Made by a program: the position numbers and the translations under genes
Notes under the pieces: generated by a model
What the model was told of the DNA's origin: nothing
The model's database searches: none
The model's input: only the letters and a program-made list of their open reading frames with translations
NCBI GenBank assembly: GCA_900088475.1
Contig: FLMG01004575.1
Span: 1 to 64,000, forward strand
Length of the DNA: 64,000 bases
Source of the DNA: Hyphochytrium catenoides
Lineage: Eukaryota > Protista > Hyphochytriomycota
Direction: 5' to 3'
Shown here: positions 39,538 through 53,298 of the stretch, piece by piece
Layout of the letters: every line of letters starts with the position of its first letter
Position numbering within the stretch: position 1 is the stretch's first letter

Positions 39538-42364
39538 ATGGCCATGGCAACCCCTCAGCACATAATGATATGGGAGAGGATAGCCGCGGAGGGTTGGACG
39601 CCACCCACGAGGACCGGTGAGGAAACCCAAGTCACACCTTTCCTCTTCTATGGCATCCATGGCGTCAAGAGGAGTAACCATATAGTACTCTTACTGTAGG
39701 TCACTCTGCGGCCGTGATCAACAATAAGCTTTACATATTCGGTGGCCTGCAAAGCGGCGTTCCTGTGAACACCCTTCTTTGCTATGATCTCAGTGAGTTA
39801 CCCGAAGAGTTGGGGCGAGCATCACGGGGCACTCGCTAATCCTTGCATGCGACGTCTGTTGCAGGTTCCAGACAATGGACCTCGATAGATCCATCGGGCA
39901 GTATCCCCTCCCCTCGGGCGCGTGCGTAGAGAACCTTTCCTTTGCAACTACCTATTATGATTGGTGCTTACCCTCAGATCATGACACTTCTGTAGACCAT
40001 GCCTCCTGGGTACAGGGAAGCAAAATCTTTATACACTCTGGGGAAGGCTCTCCAATTCACGATGGCAAAGATGCAAACCTTGACGAAGGGCAGCGGCTAC
40101 AAGAGGCCATGGCGGAGGCTTTGATGCTCTTGAACGACGGTGTGCGGCCCCGTCGCCTTTGTTTCGACGAATTGCATTGCTACGACACAGGTTGAAACAC
40201 TCGCCTTCAGCATGAAATATGACTTCCCATTGACTCTATCTTCACATCAATAACCTTTACAGAGTCAAATTGTTGGTCTAGCGTACAGACACGACTAGCA
40301 CCTTTCCCTCGGAAAGGCCATTCCATAGTCTCAGGTCTCGACGGCAATGGAAAGCCGGTTGCCATTCTCTTTGGTGGGGCTCCACCTGACCCTAAGCCGT
40401 TGTCAAATGAAGTCTTCATGCTCAAGAATGGTAACGCTTATGCCAAGCACCAGATAGTTCTTTCCGAGCCGTAGTTAAGTCGCCGAACTGTTTTCGTCTG
40501 ACTAGATGAAAAGCTTATATCCGGGAAGGCTACCTGGACCAAATGTGCAGCCAAAGGACTGGAGCCCTCTCCTCGCTTCTATCACAGCTGTGCAGTGATC
40601 GAAAAAGAAGAAGGAGGGCAGGGCTGCCTTATCCACATCTTCGGTGGCATCAGCCGTGAAGGCAGCCTGCTCGGCGACAGCTTTATCTTCGACACTGGTT
40701 GGAACAGCAGATTTACTAGCCTTCGAATTCAAATATTTTTGCTTACCCCTGATTTCACTTGCAGGTACCTTGACATGGGAGGCGATTAGGGCGTCGGGAA
40801 CTCCGCCATCGGCGAGATCTGGCCACCAAGCGGTGACCATAACAGCATTGAGCGGACATCCTTCCGTTCTTATTTATGGAGGTCTGTGTCAAACGGAGGG
40901 AACTATTAGCTTTCCTACAACCATTCATGTCTTTGAGACTGGTAAGCTACAGAAGCACCATTTTTCTCGAGGACAGCTGGTTTTGTCGTTCTCAGATTTC
41001 AATCCCAGAGACAGCTTCATGGTCCTCCTTGGATGTGGGGCATCTGTATCCTCCTCCTAGGTCAGTTGTTGAATATGTTACCAGACTATAGTTCAGCTTC
41101 CCTTATTACGGTGACGTATCAGATATGGCCACTCAGCGATACTGGTTCCCGAACTTCAGAAGTTCTTGCGTGACCCTGGAGGACCCTTTGTAGAAGGGAG
41201 GGCCCCCGGTACTGAGCCTCGGCCTCCACTGGCGAACGCTGGCGGCAATCCTAATGCAGGGTTGCTTGTGTTTGGCGGAATGAACTATGGCTACTGCAGC
41301 AGGTTGTCCCCCTAACTGTCTACCTCTTCTCGTTTTATGGCAACTAACTGTCACACGATAGTGACATTTGGTGCTTAGACACTCGATGGAGAAACAAGGC
41401 CTTAGGGGTTCTAAAAGAACCGCCTAGGATCTTCATCCATCAGGAGTCGTTGACCGATACGAGAGAAGGGGGAAGTGACTCATTATCTTGGGGCACGCCT
41501 ACGATCTGTTAAGGGAAGAGAAGTCTAGGGTAAAACCGCTCAGAAGTAAACCTCACTGAAAAGTGCGATGAGTTCTGACTCAAACCGTCTAGCTGGAACA
41601 CAAGGTGAGGCAAGAGCAGGCCAAACTCACGGAGGCTGAGGCGGCAGTAAGGACATCCCAAGAAGAATCAGAGGTGAGAGGCAAGTAGGATACTACCTCC
41701 AGCTAAGAAGAACTAATCTCTCATTTCTGTCAGCAATGGAGGCACAAGGTTACTGTTTTAGAGAAGCAGCTGGAAGAAGAAAGTTCAAAGGTGAGGCGAT
41801 CCCAGCAATGGGATGAAGTTCGTTGTTTAATCGCTTCTCTAGCTTCGTAAAGCATTAGAGAATGAATGTATGAAGAGCATTCGCCTTGAGGAAGAACGTG
41901 ATGAAGCACTGAGATTATTGGCCATGTCAAACTTTGCAGCGGTAAGACTGGCCCGTTGTCCATCGCAATCTAGGTCCTAAAGGGCCTAACTCCACAAACA
42001 GAGACTTCGCCTTGACGCGGAACTACTTTATCGAGAGGAAACGACCAAACATGCGGCAGGTCAAATCCGTTGTAAATGCGATATAAGCGATGAGCCCAGG
42101 GGTCCTGTTCAAAAGACAAGCTCTCCCAGTGAGGCGCTGCCACCAAGAGAACAACTTCGCGAAGCACTGCACCTAACCGATAAGAACCCGAGAGAAAATG
42201 AAGACGAAAGTGACCACGCCGTTTCCCAAGATCTACAATTAAGTCCAGCTGACGCAGCCGCTGCCACCGCTTCATCGCCATCAAGACAACCCGTGCTGGA
42301 AGACTCTATGCCGCCTCTACATGTACTTCCACGACGTCATCAAGGCGAACATAATCGCGTTTGA
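39538..42364 (+). CDS. Kelch-repeat beta-propeller protein with a C-terminal coiled coil, multi-exon
   Basis: PPTRTG|HSAAVINNKLYIFGG, PFPRKGHS..ILFGG, PSPRFYHSC..HIFGG, PSARSGHQA..LIYGG, PRPPLANA..VFGG. Coiled-coil exons LEHKVRQEQAKL, LRKALENE. Last exon ends at TGA 42362-42364. Confidence 0.85.
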
Positions 42365-43406
42365 CATAGGACGGCAGCACGTTAGGCTTCATTTATAAGC
42401 AAAATTTATAAGGATGAGGTTTTATTGTCCGGACACGATCAGCGCAGCGTCACATGCTTCAGGATGACCATTGTTATGCACACAGACGCACACTAGCCCT
42501 CTAGGAATCATGCCTTTGTTTTCCGTTGGCAGAGAGGTGTGTTAAGGGTTCACAAGGATTGACTGACTGGGAAATGGGAGCAGAAGGGCGATGCACTCGG
42601 GTTGACGGGGCCAAGCTGCAGGTCCATCCGTCTTCTTGAGTTTGAGGCAGGCCAGCAGGTCAGCAAAGAGTGGAGGTGTTGCTTCTCACTTCCGTCTGTC
42701 TCAAGCTCCATATTTCGGATAGTGCCCGTAAACTGATGCCCGATCTAGGTTTTTATAGATCTAGTCCGGAATAAATGCTTGGGCGTTACAGTACAGCATG
42801 GTATGTTTATGATGGGAAGAGTTATAAGAGGAAGAGGGAAGAGTGACCCCACTCTCATGATACTTCCAGGGCAAGGGGACAGCGGAGGAAGTGGACCTGA
42901 GGCAGCGGTGGCGCTGACTGCAGGTTGAGAGCATGTCCCAAGGCGCTATGTGGTGCAGCAGCAGCGGTCCCGTCATGTTCACCTTCTAATAGTATATAAA
43001 GCTTCATGAAAGGATGAGCTCTGACCATTGCTCGCGAAAGCCCAATCACCGCACTTCTCTAGGAGCGGATGCAGCGCTGGTGGTCTAGCTAGCTAGGGCT
43101 CGTGCGCACGGTGCGGTAGGACATGTTGAGACTATACAGTCCTTGTAGCACCAGGGCTTTGTAGGTCTAAAAGGAACAGGTGCTACGGGCATGGCCGCTC
43201 AAAGGAACGTTTGGAATAGAGGTATTAACACTTAGGTGAACACGAGGCCAAGGAGTGCGATCCTTGCCATTACATCTGGGCTACTTTAGGGTCTATACTC
43301 TCGTTCCATGTAAGGACAAAGCAGTAACCCCCTGAATGTAAGCGATTATGGCGATCAGATAGTCAGATCATCGCCATAAGAGGTTCCCTCGTGGTAGGGC
43401 TGCGCG

Positions 43407-46052
43407 ATGGCGCTTCAGCGCAAAGAGGTGGAAAGGATCTCCAAGATCATGTAAGACTCGTTCAGCTAAGGCAAAATCCCATGCTTTTTTTATCCGTGCC
43501 CTAGTCTAACTAGCATCATTAGCCAAATCTCAGACCGGAGGATGCAGACCTCGGTCATGAGAGGTCTAAAGCTATCAGGTACCTGAGACAATGGCCTGCA
43601 GACTGAAGTTACCCACTTACCCACTTGGTTCTGATACATCGTCGGCTCGTCGCAGATATAAATCCACGGATAGAGGCCCTTGGCCACGATGTGGCCAGCC
43701 TCGGACAATATCTGACTTCACTTAGTGAATCAACGGAGCCACAGCTTACAGAGGTACTCTCCTACGTCGTGAAGGAGCACAAGATTAAGTATCAGGTAAG
43801 TCTAGGCATCAGCCAAGGTGATGTCGCTTTGGAAGCTACAAGTAAATCTGATACCGAAATTGATAGGAGGAAGATAAGGACAAGTGGCTACTGACATTCA
43901 TATCCTCTCTGGTTCTGATGCTGAAGGAGGGGCTGGAGGTTAAGGTAAGAGCTCTCTGTGGAGTGTACCTACCCCCACCTGAGAGTAAACACTACGATGG
44001 CCAACGGTTATATGTCGCAGGATGATGTCGTCAGAAAGGAGGTTGTGCAGCATGTACATGGCTGGTTTGCACATAAAGTGATGCGGTTTGAGGTAACTGA
44101 CTCTATTTCTTACCAAGCCCTTCTATGGAGTCCACACTTATAAGAACCGAACAGGCCATGTTTGGCGGCGACAGGGCATGGCGCCTCAGTCTCGGGGGAA
44201 AGCCAGAGAGTAGCAATAATGACCCCTTGATACCGTTAGGAAGAGTCAGCTCTAGGTGAAAACTACTGGACAACTTAGAGCTCTTTAGGACGTCTACTCA
44301 CTCTTGGCTCCCGTTCAGTACGCCTCAAGTGGTTCACGGAGATCAGAAAGCACCACTTACAACCAGTCTAGGAGCGTCGTTCAAGGTTCTCAACCGCTCC
44401 TTCGCCGAGAGGGCAGCGACTTACCAACAGCGCAGCCTGCGAACGTCTAAACTTAGACGAGAGCTGAACGCTCTTAGAAGCCCAGAGGATGATCACGAAG
44501 GACCAAATGGGGAAACTGATGGGACAAGCTATGAGAAAGCTTCATCAACACAGCCCATGGGCTCTAGATTCGCATCTAGCCCCAAGGCTACTGATGAATC
44601 TTCTTCTGGCCAAGGGAGCTTAACGTATCCAGTCGCCACAGAAAGAGTCAAGGTAAGTCTACTTCTGCGCTACCGGTTAAACACGCCGCCGAGACGGATT
44701 TCATGCCTCACATCATGTTCACCGCAGACCGGACAGCTTATACATACAGATGTTACCGCTGCGGAGGTAGGCGTGACGAGGAGCCTATTACTTTCGGCAT
44801 TCTCACTTCTTTCACTTTTGTAGGCTAATCTTCATAAAGTTTGGTTTGACCACCGGATAGAAGACCTAGCGGAGAGTCAGAATAAAGGTAGGTAATTACT
44901 TATGCGCTGCATGAAAGAACACTTCGTAAGCGTAGCTGCACAGAGGATGTTCACCGAGCCCTGGGTCGTTGGTCTACTGCAAGGAGCAGACTAGACGCCG
45001 AAATAGCGAGGCGACAGGTAGATCCTGAAGCCCTCAAATAGACTTTGCCCTTGTACTGAAACCCTTACTTGTCTTTTCCTTCCAAACCTATTCAGGAAGC
45101 TACACATGTAACAATGAAGGTCATGAGCCCACGGGCGGCAGAGAGCTATCGCAGTAGTGTAACCCCGTCCTCGCCATCAAAGAGCCCAAAGTCTAGAAGC
45201 GTTGTGCATCCGGGAGAGACTCTTGTGCAGTTCGAGGCACAAGAAATTTCAAGTAAGAGTTCGTACCACTGCTTCTTCGGGCAAAGGAGCGCTAATTTCC
45301 TTTCCCTTTTTGCCAGGAGCTACTTATTGCGACCCTGCTGAGAGCTCACTCGTCGACTTAGAGAGCAAACGACACCCTACGGTGGCAAATGTCGAAGCTC
45401 TTGAGAAGGCCGTCAAGGAAAAAAATGCGGTGGTGGTAGATATGGATGCTGCAGTCAAGCCCACCAAAGCTCCTTCCAAACAGTCCTCCACCACTGCTGC
45501 CACAAAAGAAGCGAAATCAGAGCCCCCTCCTTTTGTCTCGTCCTATGTAAGACCGTGCAACGACGTGGCTGTTTGTTGTTCTCCATGTACCTTAAACAGT
45601 GTCTCTGACTCATCCACAGGTAAACTCAACGGGGAAACTTATGGTACGAAGCAAGGTCGCAGAGCTGACGAGGGAGACGGACGAAGAGATTAGTCGGATA
45701 GCGTCATCGTTTGACAAGTATGGGCTTTCCGTTAACAAGGACTTATTAGATAGGTAAGAGAGGGTTTGCTCACTGCTATCAATGCAAAGATGTGAGGAAG
45801 GCTTAACCTGGAACTCCTCGCAAGGGCATTATCTATACCTGAAAGCAGGCCAAAGGTAGAGAGCGTTCGAAACTTGCCCTTACCAGACCATAGGCTGCGG
45901 CAGAACCCTGCCCCTCCAGCTCAAAAGAAGGTAAGACAGCTCCCACCGGCGGTGTTCGTGATGCTTGGCAGCTAAGCTAATACTACTTGCGGCAGGGCAA
46001 AAAGAAATCTTCAAAGAAAGGGGGGAAGAAGAAGAAGAGTGCCAAGAAGTGA
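43407..46052 (+). CDS. Hypothetical multi-exon protein with a Lys-rich C-terminus
   Basis: MALQRKEVERISKI|gtaag start and consistent GT-AG exons through ...ALSIPESRPKVESVRNLPLPDHRLRQNPAPPAQKK|GKKKSSKKGGKKKKSAKK*. No domain recognised. Confidence 0.6.
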
Positions 46053-47340
46053 GGCATTCTAGAAGTTGTGAGTCAGCATTCTCACAACAACCCAGACGGA
46101 GTGGCACAGGCAGCCCGCGGTTGGCTGTTATAACATGAATATAAACCTGTTGCCATGCACCACTCTGTAACCATCTGGCGCACCATAGAAGCAACGAGAT
46201 GCCACTACGGCTGTAGTTGCCTTGCGTGGTTCAGCGTCATTTTCAGTCCGAGTCAGTATTCAGTCAAGATTAGCTCGTTCGCAGCTGTACTAGGCACCTC
46301 TCAGTGGCGAAGAGGAGGTGGACGAGGGACACGCCCTAGACGGTATTGCCATCTCTACTGGGTGCCAAGGAAAAGAGAAGGGAGGAGTAGGTGATAAGAC
46401 AAGCTGTACGCAACCCTTCTGCCTGGAACGAAGACTATGAATCTACTTAAGAAAGAGGTCATATCTGTGGCCGCATTGAAGCTCTCTCATTGCTGCGATG
46501 GCCCACCCTACAGACCCAAGCTGGCCTAAGTAGACCTGGAGCGGACAGTCCGTTTATAAGGATTGAAATCTTTGTGCACTAAACTGACCCAGCTGTAGGG
46601 ATGAGCTGATGGTCTTCTTTACCTTCATTCTTAGCCGACTGTACACCCGAACAGACAGAGTTCACTTGGCTAGAAATGAGGGCCCGTAACGATGTCATGG
46701 CTTGATCATCTAGGTCCGCAATGCGGAATAGGGTATAAGGTACGTACCACTGCTCGTCGTAGCTTTCTAGGAGGTTTTTCCATCAGAGTTCTCAACCTCA
46801 CATCAGCAGTTGGAGTCGCTAAAAGCTGTCGGTAAGGCAGTTGTGCATGTCAAAGGGTGGGAAGTAAGAAGTAACGTAAAGCACGACAAAAGAGTGATGG
46901 AGTCGTACTAGCCGGTAACTACCTTCCCCTTCTACGAGTACGAGTTGTACGAACTACATCTGTCACTCGGACGAGAGAGACCCTCAGCTTGAAGATCTGC
47001 CTCAAGCGATGCAGAATGCCTGCTCGTCTCATTTATTAGCCAGGCTGTAAGAGTACCTGGCCTGTCTGTTCATTCCCATCCTTGACCTTCTTCCAGAGCT
47101 AGCCTACCGGGTCAATAAGCCTCTAGTGCAGTTCTTCTTGGGCAAGAAGGGGTTGGCAACAGAGTACCGCAGCCTCATTCTTATCTGATCTGCTTCTTCA
47201 GAGTGCCACTTCCGCAATGAGTATTTAAGAGAAATTACCTCATCAGGGTGATGAAGAAAGGCCTCCCATTGAGCTCTTCTGTTTCTTCAGCTGGATTGCT
47301 GTCTAGCACACGTATGCGGCCTGACAAGTAGAGTTACAAT

Positions 47341-49086
47341 ATGGGAGCGGAGAGACAACAAGGCAATAATACTGCTGAGGAGGAGATGGAGGAAATTGAC
47401 GGCGATACTGGACCACCTTCCGCTGAGGATCTTGTCATGGTATGCTAGTCTGGTCGTACACTGTTCCTGACTCAATGCTGATTCCTGGGAGCAGGAGCAG
47501 GAGCTACGGTCGTTCTTAGTAGGTTCTTTCAAGCCTGGCGTAGTCCGGCTATGTGCCCTGCTGATTGACGCTTTCGGGATACTGGCACCCCACTCGACCT
47601 CAAGACATTTTGTGTTTCCTGTAAGTCCTGGAGGGAAGAAGCTCATGATGCCGCCAGCCAATCCATCACCACCTCAGGCCCAACCGCTGGCAGCACAGCA
47701 GGGCATGGCTTCACAACAAGCTACCTTGTCCAAGGATATACCTCCTCCAGGTCTACCTACACCGCCGCCCGCGCCCACCGCCCCTTTAAGCACCCGCACC
47801 GCGTCGTCCTCATCGATGAAGTTTGTTCGAGTATTTGAGCAGCTTAGAAGTGGCTCTCCTGCAAGGTACCACCCAGAAACTTCTAGCGGCGCAATCTCTC
47901 CTGCTATGCGGTCAGCTCAGCTTGCTCAAGGGATCCATCGACTGGATAGCCAGAAGTTGAGAGGATCTCTGCAAGTTGAGGTGGGTGCAAGCGAATGTGG
48001 ACATAACAAACCATTACCTTTCATTCACTCCGTTCATTCTGTGGCAGTGTGGCAAGGTAGTCGGTGGCGAGCTTGAGGTTAGGCTTCAGAAAGCTCGTAA
48101 TCCTCTCTTCAGGACTACGTAAGGAAGACAAACGCAATTATCCATTTTCCTTGGGACATGGTTCTTTGAGAGCCATCCTTGACCCTCTTGAATACTCCCT
48201 TCCATGCACTGCTGGCAGACACATTGCTAACGTAGCCCCTTTCCCGCACTCCTCTAGGATAACGAAGCCCATTGTCCTGGACCAGCTGCTATATGCTTTA
48301 CGAGCTGTCCAGAGCGCGTTGTTAGAGCTTCATCCTTGGAAAACTCTTCTTTCTGAGGGCTCCACTACTGCGTGGAAACACACTGATCTTCCTAACTCTC
48401 CAGAGGATCCCACTATAGAGGATCAGCTTCTACAACTAGCTGCAGACTTGCAAAAGGCTGACTTGGTACATGCTCTAGAAGTGAGTGTGATATTTTCCAA
48501 ACATGTAAACTCTTCTTGCACTCTTCCACCAGACGCTGGCTGCCGTTATTAAGCAAGTTAGAGAAGCCATTCGTGCTTTAGAGGTTCCCAACTCTGGGAC
48601 ACTATTCCCAAGCTCGATTTGCTTTCAGCTGGAGACCAATCCTCCTCTTCCGAGCGATACAGTGCTAGATTTTTCAGTGCAGCGCGGTCATCTGGTAAAA
48701 GCTGATGTACGGGAAATTCCTCCACAAGTTGGTAACGACAACAACTCTCTTTCTAATCTTTATCAGGCTGTGAATGCTTATGCGATCTCAGAAACTAATT
48801 TGAAAGGAGCGGTAAAGCAGCAGTCTGATCTTACGACAGGCAAGCTTGTCGGAACTTCAGTGTAAGTTGCAGGTCGCATGGTACTAGACTGCTATTGCGC
48901 CGTGCCTAACCTCGAGCTTCTGTGCGAAGACTATATAGGGATGCCATTGTGGATGTTTTGGAGCACGGGAGAGCTACTTCCAGCATCCCGGAGGTCGACA
49001 TTGCACTCAACAGCCTCACCTCTGTCATGCAGGAGATTGGAGAGCTAAAAGCCTCCAGCTCTCCTTTATTGAAGACAATAAAGTAG
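47341..49086 (+). CDS. Hypothetical protein (Pro-rich N-terminal region, helical C-terminal region)
   Basis: MGAERQQGNNTAEEEMEEIDG...DLVM|gtatg links to ORFs 47612, 48064 and 48662, and to a last exon ...LYRDAIVDVLEHG...LLKTIK*. Confidence 0.55.
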
Positions 49087-50286
49087 AGCTGGATAGGTAG
49101 ACGGAGCCCAGTCACTGGCTAGCGCTCTCCTCTGCGCAGATAGCTCAAACGAACCCAAAGCAATGCCTCTTTTTATTCATTGGTGGTAAACAAGAATCCT
49201 GCGTCTATGTTTTTTTATTCTCAGCGCTGACACGTCGGGGTATATAGTACAATCCTGCATTGATCATAGGCATCCGGAGGTGTCCGAGTAATACATAGTT
49301 CTCCTCCACCTGCATGTGACGCATTGACAGACTGATAAGAACTTGTGGGAGTGAAAGGCCACCTCTATCAGTGGCATTTTTCCAGGAGTTCTTCAAGTGT
49401 ATCGGAATAGTTGGGCGTACGGACCAACGGCCAACTCTGCCAGATGATCATGCCAACCTCAGTTCGGGCGCCGGCGCACCTCTGGGTTCGTCCTCCTCGA
49501 AGGTACGTCTCTAGAGTGGACCAACGGGGTGTATCGTACCTGGCCTAAAAACCAACCTTCCGACTTGTGCCATACGATTTGTTCTTTACCAAAGACAATT
49601 AGTTGGCGGCATACCAGGCTTGAATAGAAGTAGGGCGTACTTAATAACCCCATCCTACCTACTTTGCTGCACCAGCCTCATGTGCCTTGGCTGTGTGCCA
49701 AGAAGACTATTGCCATGTGGATCACGAACCGAAGATCGGACCTTCTGACCAGCTTCGAGCTCTAAGAACGAGGAACTAGCTTCTCGAGGATGAGAAATGA
49801 GGAGGATTGCGCACTGACCGTGATGACAGCCCAATAAGAAGCCATCATGTAGCCTCTAACGGCTATCTCCGCCTCCTTTTGAGACTCGACAAGTCCTGTA
49901 TCGTGTAACGCACCAATTGCTCGCCATCAGGAAGATTCGGAATGGCCTTACAGAAGACCTTTACTATTCTAAATAGATAAGGGCGAAGCAGCGAAGGAAG
50001 CGTCCAAAACAGCCAAGGAAAGTTGGCGCGAGGCGGCACTGCACAGTCCACACAGCGGCAAGGAACAGCATCAAGCTCATCAGCTCAATCAGCTTCGCGG
50101 TGGGCAGCTGCCCAGACGTCGATCATAGTTCTGAGAGAAGGAAACATCGCCCACACTTGCCACTTATTTGCCGCACTATCTAAAGCACCAAGATCGATGC
50201 CAACAGAACCTAGCTTGGCAGTTCCTTGAGTTCTCTCTTTCTTTTTGTCCAGTTAGCGACGTGTGTTCGCTCTACTGTTGGGACCA

Positions 50287-52110
50287 ATGGCTTCGTCCAT
50301 TCCCATTGACCGAAGGCGAAAGCGGCGTTTAGAGTATGCTGGTCGCAAGCTGATTGTCGTCGTTGGGTTAGCTTTCGGTTCATTTGGCAGAGATTCTTAT
50401 GGGGAACACACAGTGCCTCCCCTGCGGTGGGACACGCTTCCACCAAAGTCTAAAACGGTCATTCCGAACTCTATAAACCGAATCGTTCTCAAGAGTGACT
50501 GGAACGCTGCGACAAGTTGTTATGGAAGGTTCTACCTAAACGGGAGGGAGTTATGGTTGAGTGTAGACACAGTCTCCCCTGATACCTGGGCAAAAAGTAC
50601 TTCCTCAGAAGTGTTCACTATTCCCGCTAAGGACTGCTGCAAAGGAAAGTGCTGTACCCGGCAGGCCCCTTGTAGGCAGTGGCGGTCGTACAAGCAGATT
50701 CTCTCAAAGTACTTTTACCTTCCAGACTCTGGCTACGACGTTGAGTTGGCAGAAGGCGGAGCTTGCTCCTACATAATAGATAATTTAGATGGGATTGTTC
50801 AAGTCTCTGCTGCCCAAACCGAGATGAGTCTGGTGAACCCCACGCAACCACTTCTCGACGAAGAACCGTCCGATACCAGCTTGGGAGTAGACATGCAGAT
50901 CGGCAGCTACGTCTCTGGCAACTCCCTGTACGCGTTCGACGGCGTGGCTGGGCTCGGTCTTTCCAAACGGTCCCTAGTCACTAGCCCGCGATTAGCGTCA
51001 TGGTTCAAAAATTTTACTTTCCAGTTCTCTTCCAACTTCAACACTGGGAGCTTTCTTCACATTGGTCAAGAGCTTTCTTTTTTCCCTATAGAGGACAGGG
51101 GTATAACCTGGATACACGTTCCAGTTACCAAAGTCGATGGCGCCTTTAAGGACTGGGCAATGGAAGTTATGCAGATTTCTATCGGCCGAGAGACCATGTA
51201 TCTGGGTCCGGGATCGGATAGTTACGGGTTAGGCCACGACGATACGATTGAACCAATGTTGCCGCGACGGGACAAGGTCCGGCTCATTGCAAAAATATCG
51301 AGCTCCATTCCCTTCATTTCTCTCCCGTTTGAAATGTATGCTATACTCCAAAGGTACATTAGCACAAGCAACGAGTGCGGTATATGCGAGGAGCTTGGCA
51401 ACAGCAGAGAGTTTTTCTATATGTATGCCTGTGAAACTGTGTACCAGCTGCCAACTCTGAAGCTTACCATCAGAAATCCGACGGATCCCACAGGTCTTGT
51501 TACCTTTTCCATCCCTCCCAAGGCCTACACCCAGACTGGACTATGCAGAGAGCATCCTAGCCATCATCTCATCACTGCGTATCCAATAAGGTGCAATATG
51601 TCCAGCACGAATGTTACGGCAGACGGAACCGCTAACTGCGCTATTGAGCTTGGCATATCGTTCATGAGAGACTTTCCCTTCCTTCACTTCGATACCGGGG
51701 AAAGGCCAGGACCAGATGAAGAGAGTGAGGAAACCCCAACTATATCCTTCGGATGCTCAAACATGACGGTCTCGAAGTGGGAAAACATCACAACGAAAAC
51801 CTGTCATATCGATGGGTCAGGGGCACCAACCGTTCTCGACACTGCTAAGGTTATTGAAATCTCCACCAGTTTGCTGATAGACCTTGTCGATATCAACTTG
51901 GTACCGCAGTCAATGACTTCGACAGTATGGTATGTCGCGCAGCACGGCCTATTGGTTATTGGGCTGTATACTCTAATAAGCGCTCTGGTCATCTCCTTCC
52001 TCTACGTCAAACCTTGCGTGGCAAACAGGCTTGCCCGACGCAAAGTGGTGGAGGCAACGGGGGAATGTAGCCCAAATAGTGTCAACAGGGAGGAACAGAG
52101 TAATCTATAG
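50287..52110 (+). CDS. Intronless pepsin-like (peptidase A1 fold) membrane-anchored protein with degenerate catalytic motifs
   Basis: 607-aa open frame from ATG 50287. Motifs YGRFYLNG..LWLSVDTVSPDTW, FDGVAGLG, GSFLHIG, W.MEV, KISSSIPFISLP, LPTLKL, IPPKAY, IELGISFMR, and a C-terminal TM (LLVIGLYTLISALVISFLYV). Confidence 0.82.
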   Translation: MASSIPIDRRRKRRLEYAGRKLIVVVGLAFGSFGRDSYGEHTVPPLRWDTLPPKSKTVIPNSINRIVLKSDWNAATSCYGRFYLNGRELWLSVDTVSPDTWAKSTSSEVFTIPAKDCCKGKCCTRQAPCRQWRSYKQILSKYFYLPDSGYDVELAEGGACSYIIDNLDGIVQVSAAQTEMSLVNPTQPLLDEEPSDTSLGVDMQIGSYVSGNSLYAFDGVAGLGLSKRSLVTSPRLASWFKNFTFQFSSNFNTGSFLHIGQELSFFPIEDRGITWIHVPVTKVDGAFKDWAMEVMQISIGRETMYLGPGSDSYGLGHDDTIEPMLPRRDKVRLIAKISSSIPFISLPFEMYAILQRYISTSNECGICEELGNSREFFYMYACETVYQLPTLKLTIRNPTDPTGLVTFSIPPKAYTQTGLCREHPSHHLITAYPIRCNMSSTNVTADGTANCAIELGISFMRDFPFLHFDTGERPGPDEESEETPTISFGCSNMTVSKWENITTKTCHIDGSGAPTVLDTAKVIEISTSLLIDLVDINLVPQSMTSTVWYVAQHGLLVIGLYTLISALVISFLYVKPCVANRLARRKVVEATGECSPNSVNREEQSNL

Positions 52111-53298
52111 TACAAAACTAGAGTAACTTTCACGAACATGTTCTTGGCCCATTGCACCCGTCACGTTTTTTATCCCTATGGAATAAGTTCGACAGCAAGT
52201 CTGCGGGTTTAGTGTTCGTAGAGGTCTCTCCATCTTATTGATTAGGTTACATAGGCAAGAAGACAGCCTAGCTGTATGGCACATGGCCGTGCGGACCAAG
52301 GACAGCCTTTTACCTGAGAGAGCCGCCGGGCGGATAGTCTTGACTCCCTCGAACTCACCTGCTCCCAGGAAGAAGCCTTTGAGTCAACTTATGACCTTTC
52401 AGCGAAGAGATTCTCGTTCTGTTCTTCTTCTCTCTCTTTCTTCCTTCCCTATTGCACTAGCAGACCTTATGGCTCTCAGCGTTCTCCTTGCTCCACCTTT
52501 GTCTTTGTGTACCTCAGGTAGATTGTCTTTGATAGTCCGTTGAGACTTCTTTACTCATGATACTCACTAATACACTTCTGAGAAAAGTTTGTAATCGATG
52601 CGCTGATGGTCCTTGCACCGCTTGGCTGAACTGGGCCTTTCGGCAGACTCTCGCCAATAGAAAAAGTCCTCTTCTACCTGGCTCTCCATCTCCTCCCTTA
52701 TATTAATAACAGTCTAGTACCCTCTCTCATGACACCACCCTCAGCCCTTATTAGGCGTTATAGAGGCTTTACTTCGAGTCTCTCTTCTGTTACTCGCTTT
52801 TGCTCTCTCTCCTTCCTCTCATTGCACTCAGAATCCTTGTAAAGGCCAGACGTGCTTTCTAGAAGAAGTTTGGCATCATGCTGATTTCTTTTTACCTAAA
52901 AAGTACCGTCATTTCTTGGTAGATGATCGCTCCATTCATGTGACCATGTGAGCCTTTGACCGTGAAATGTCGACGAAGCGTGAGGCTCTTCACACCGTAA
53001 TCATTGGTAAGTAGAGAATCATTATTGGGTTTTTTGATGTTTACAAGCAGGGATGGCAACCGAAGAGAGGGTGAGGAACCTCAATCGGTCATTTCCTAGC
53101 AATTTGTTGCTGGAACAGGATTCCTTATTTCTGGAACAAATGAGGGAGCTATTCCCCATCAAGCAGCGTATTATCCATAATAATATTGGCATGTTCTTGT
53201 TGTTGTGTCCTCCCAACTTTTTTGAATATTTCATTAGAACCATTCGAGAGATTGACCTAGAGAAACGTGGGAAATATTCCCATGAAAATTAATAAATC

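Noticed and set aside
49100-50250. Possible minus-strand gene with AATAAA signals near 49170 and 49215
   Set aside because: No coherent spliced reading frame could be built.
6490-52110. Apparent concentration of pseudo-enzymes (esterase, kinase, TBC, protease) as one system
   Set aside because: The genes are unrelated, scattered among housekeeping loci, and two of the cases are family-typical; there is no evidence of a functional cluster.
53053-53292. 79-aa ATG-initiated ORF upstream of CPN10
   Set aside because: Coincides with the AT-rich HSE/promoter patch and has no recognisable motif.
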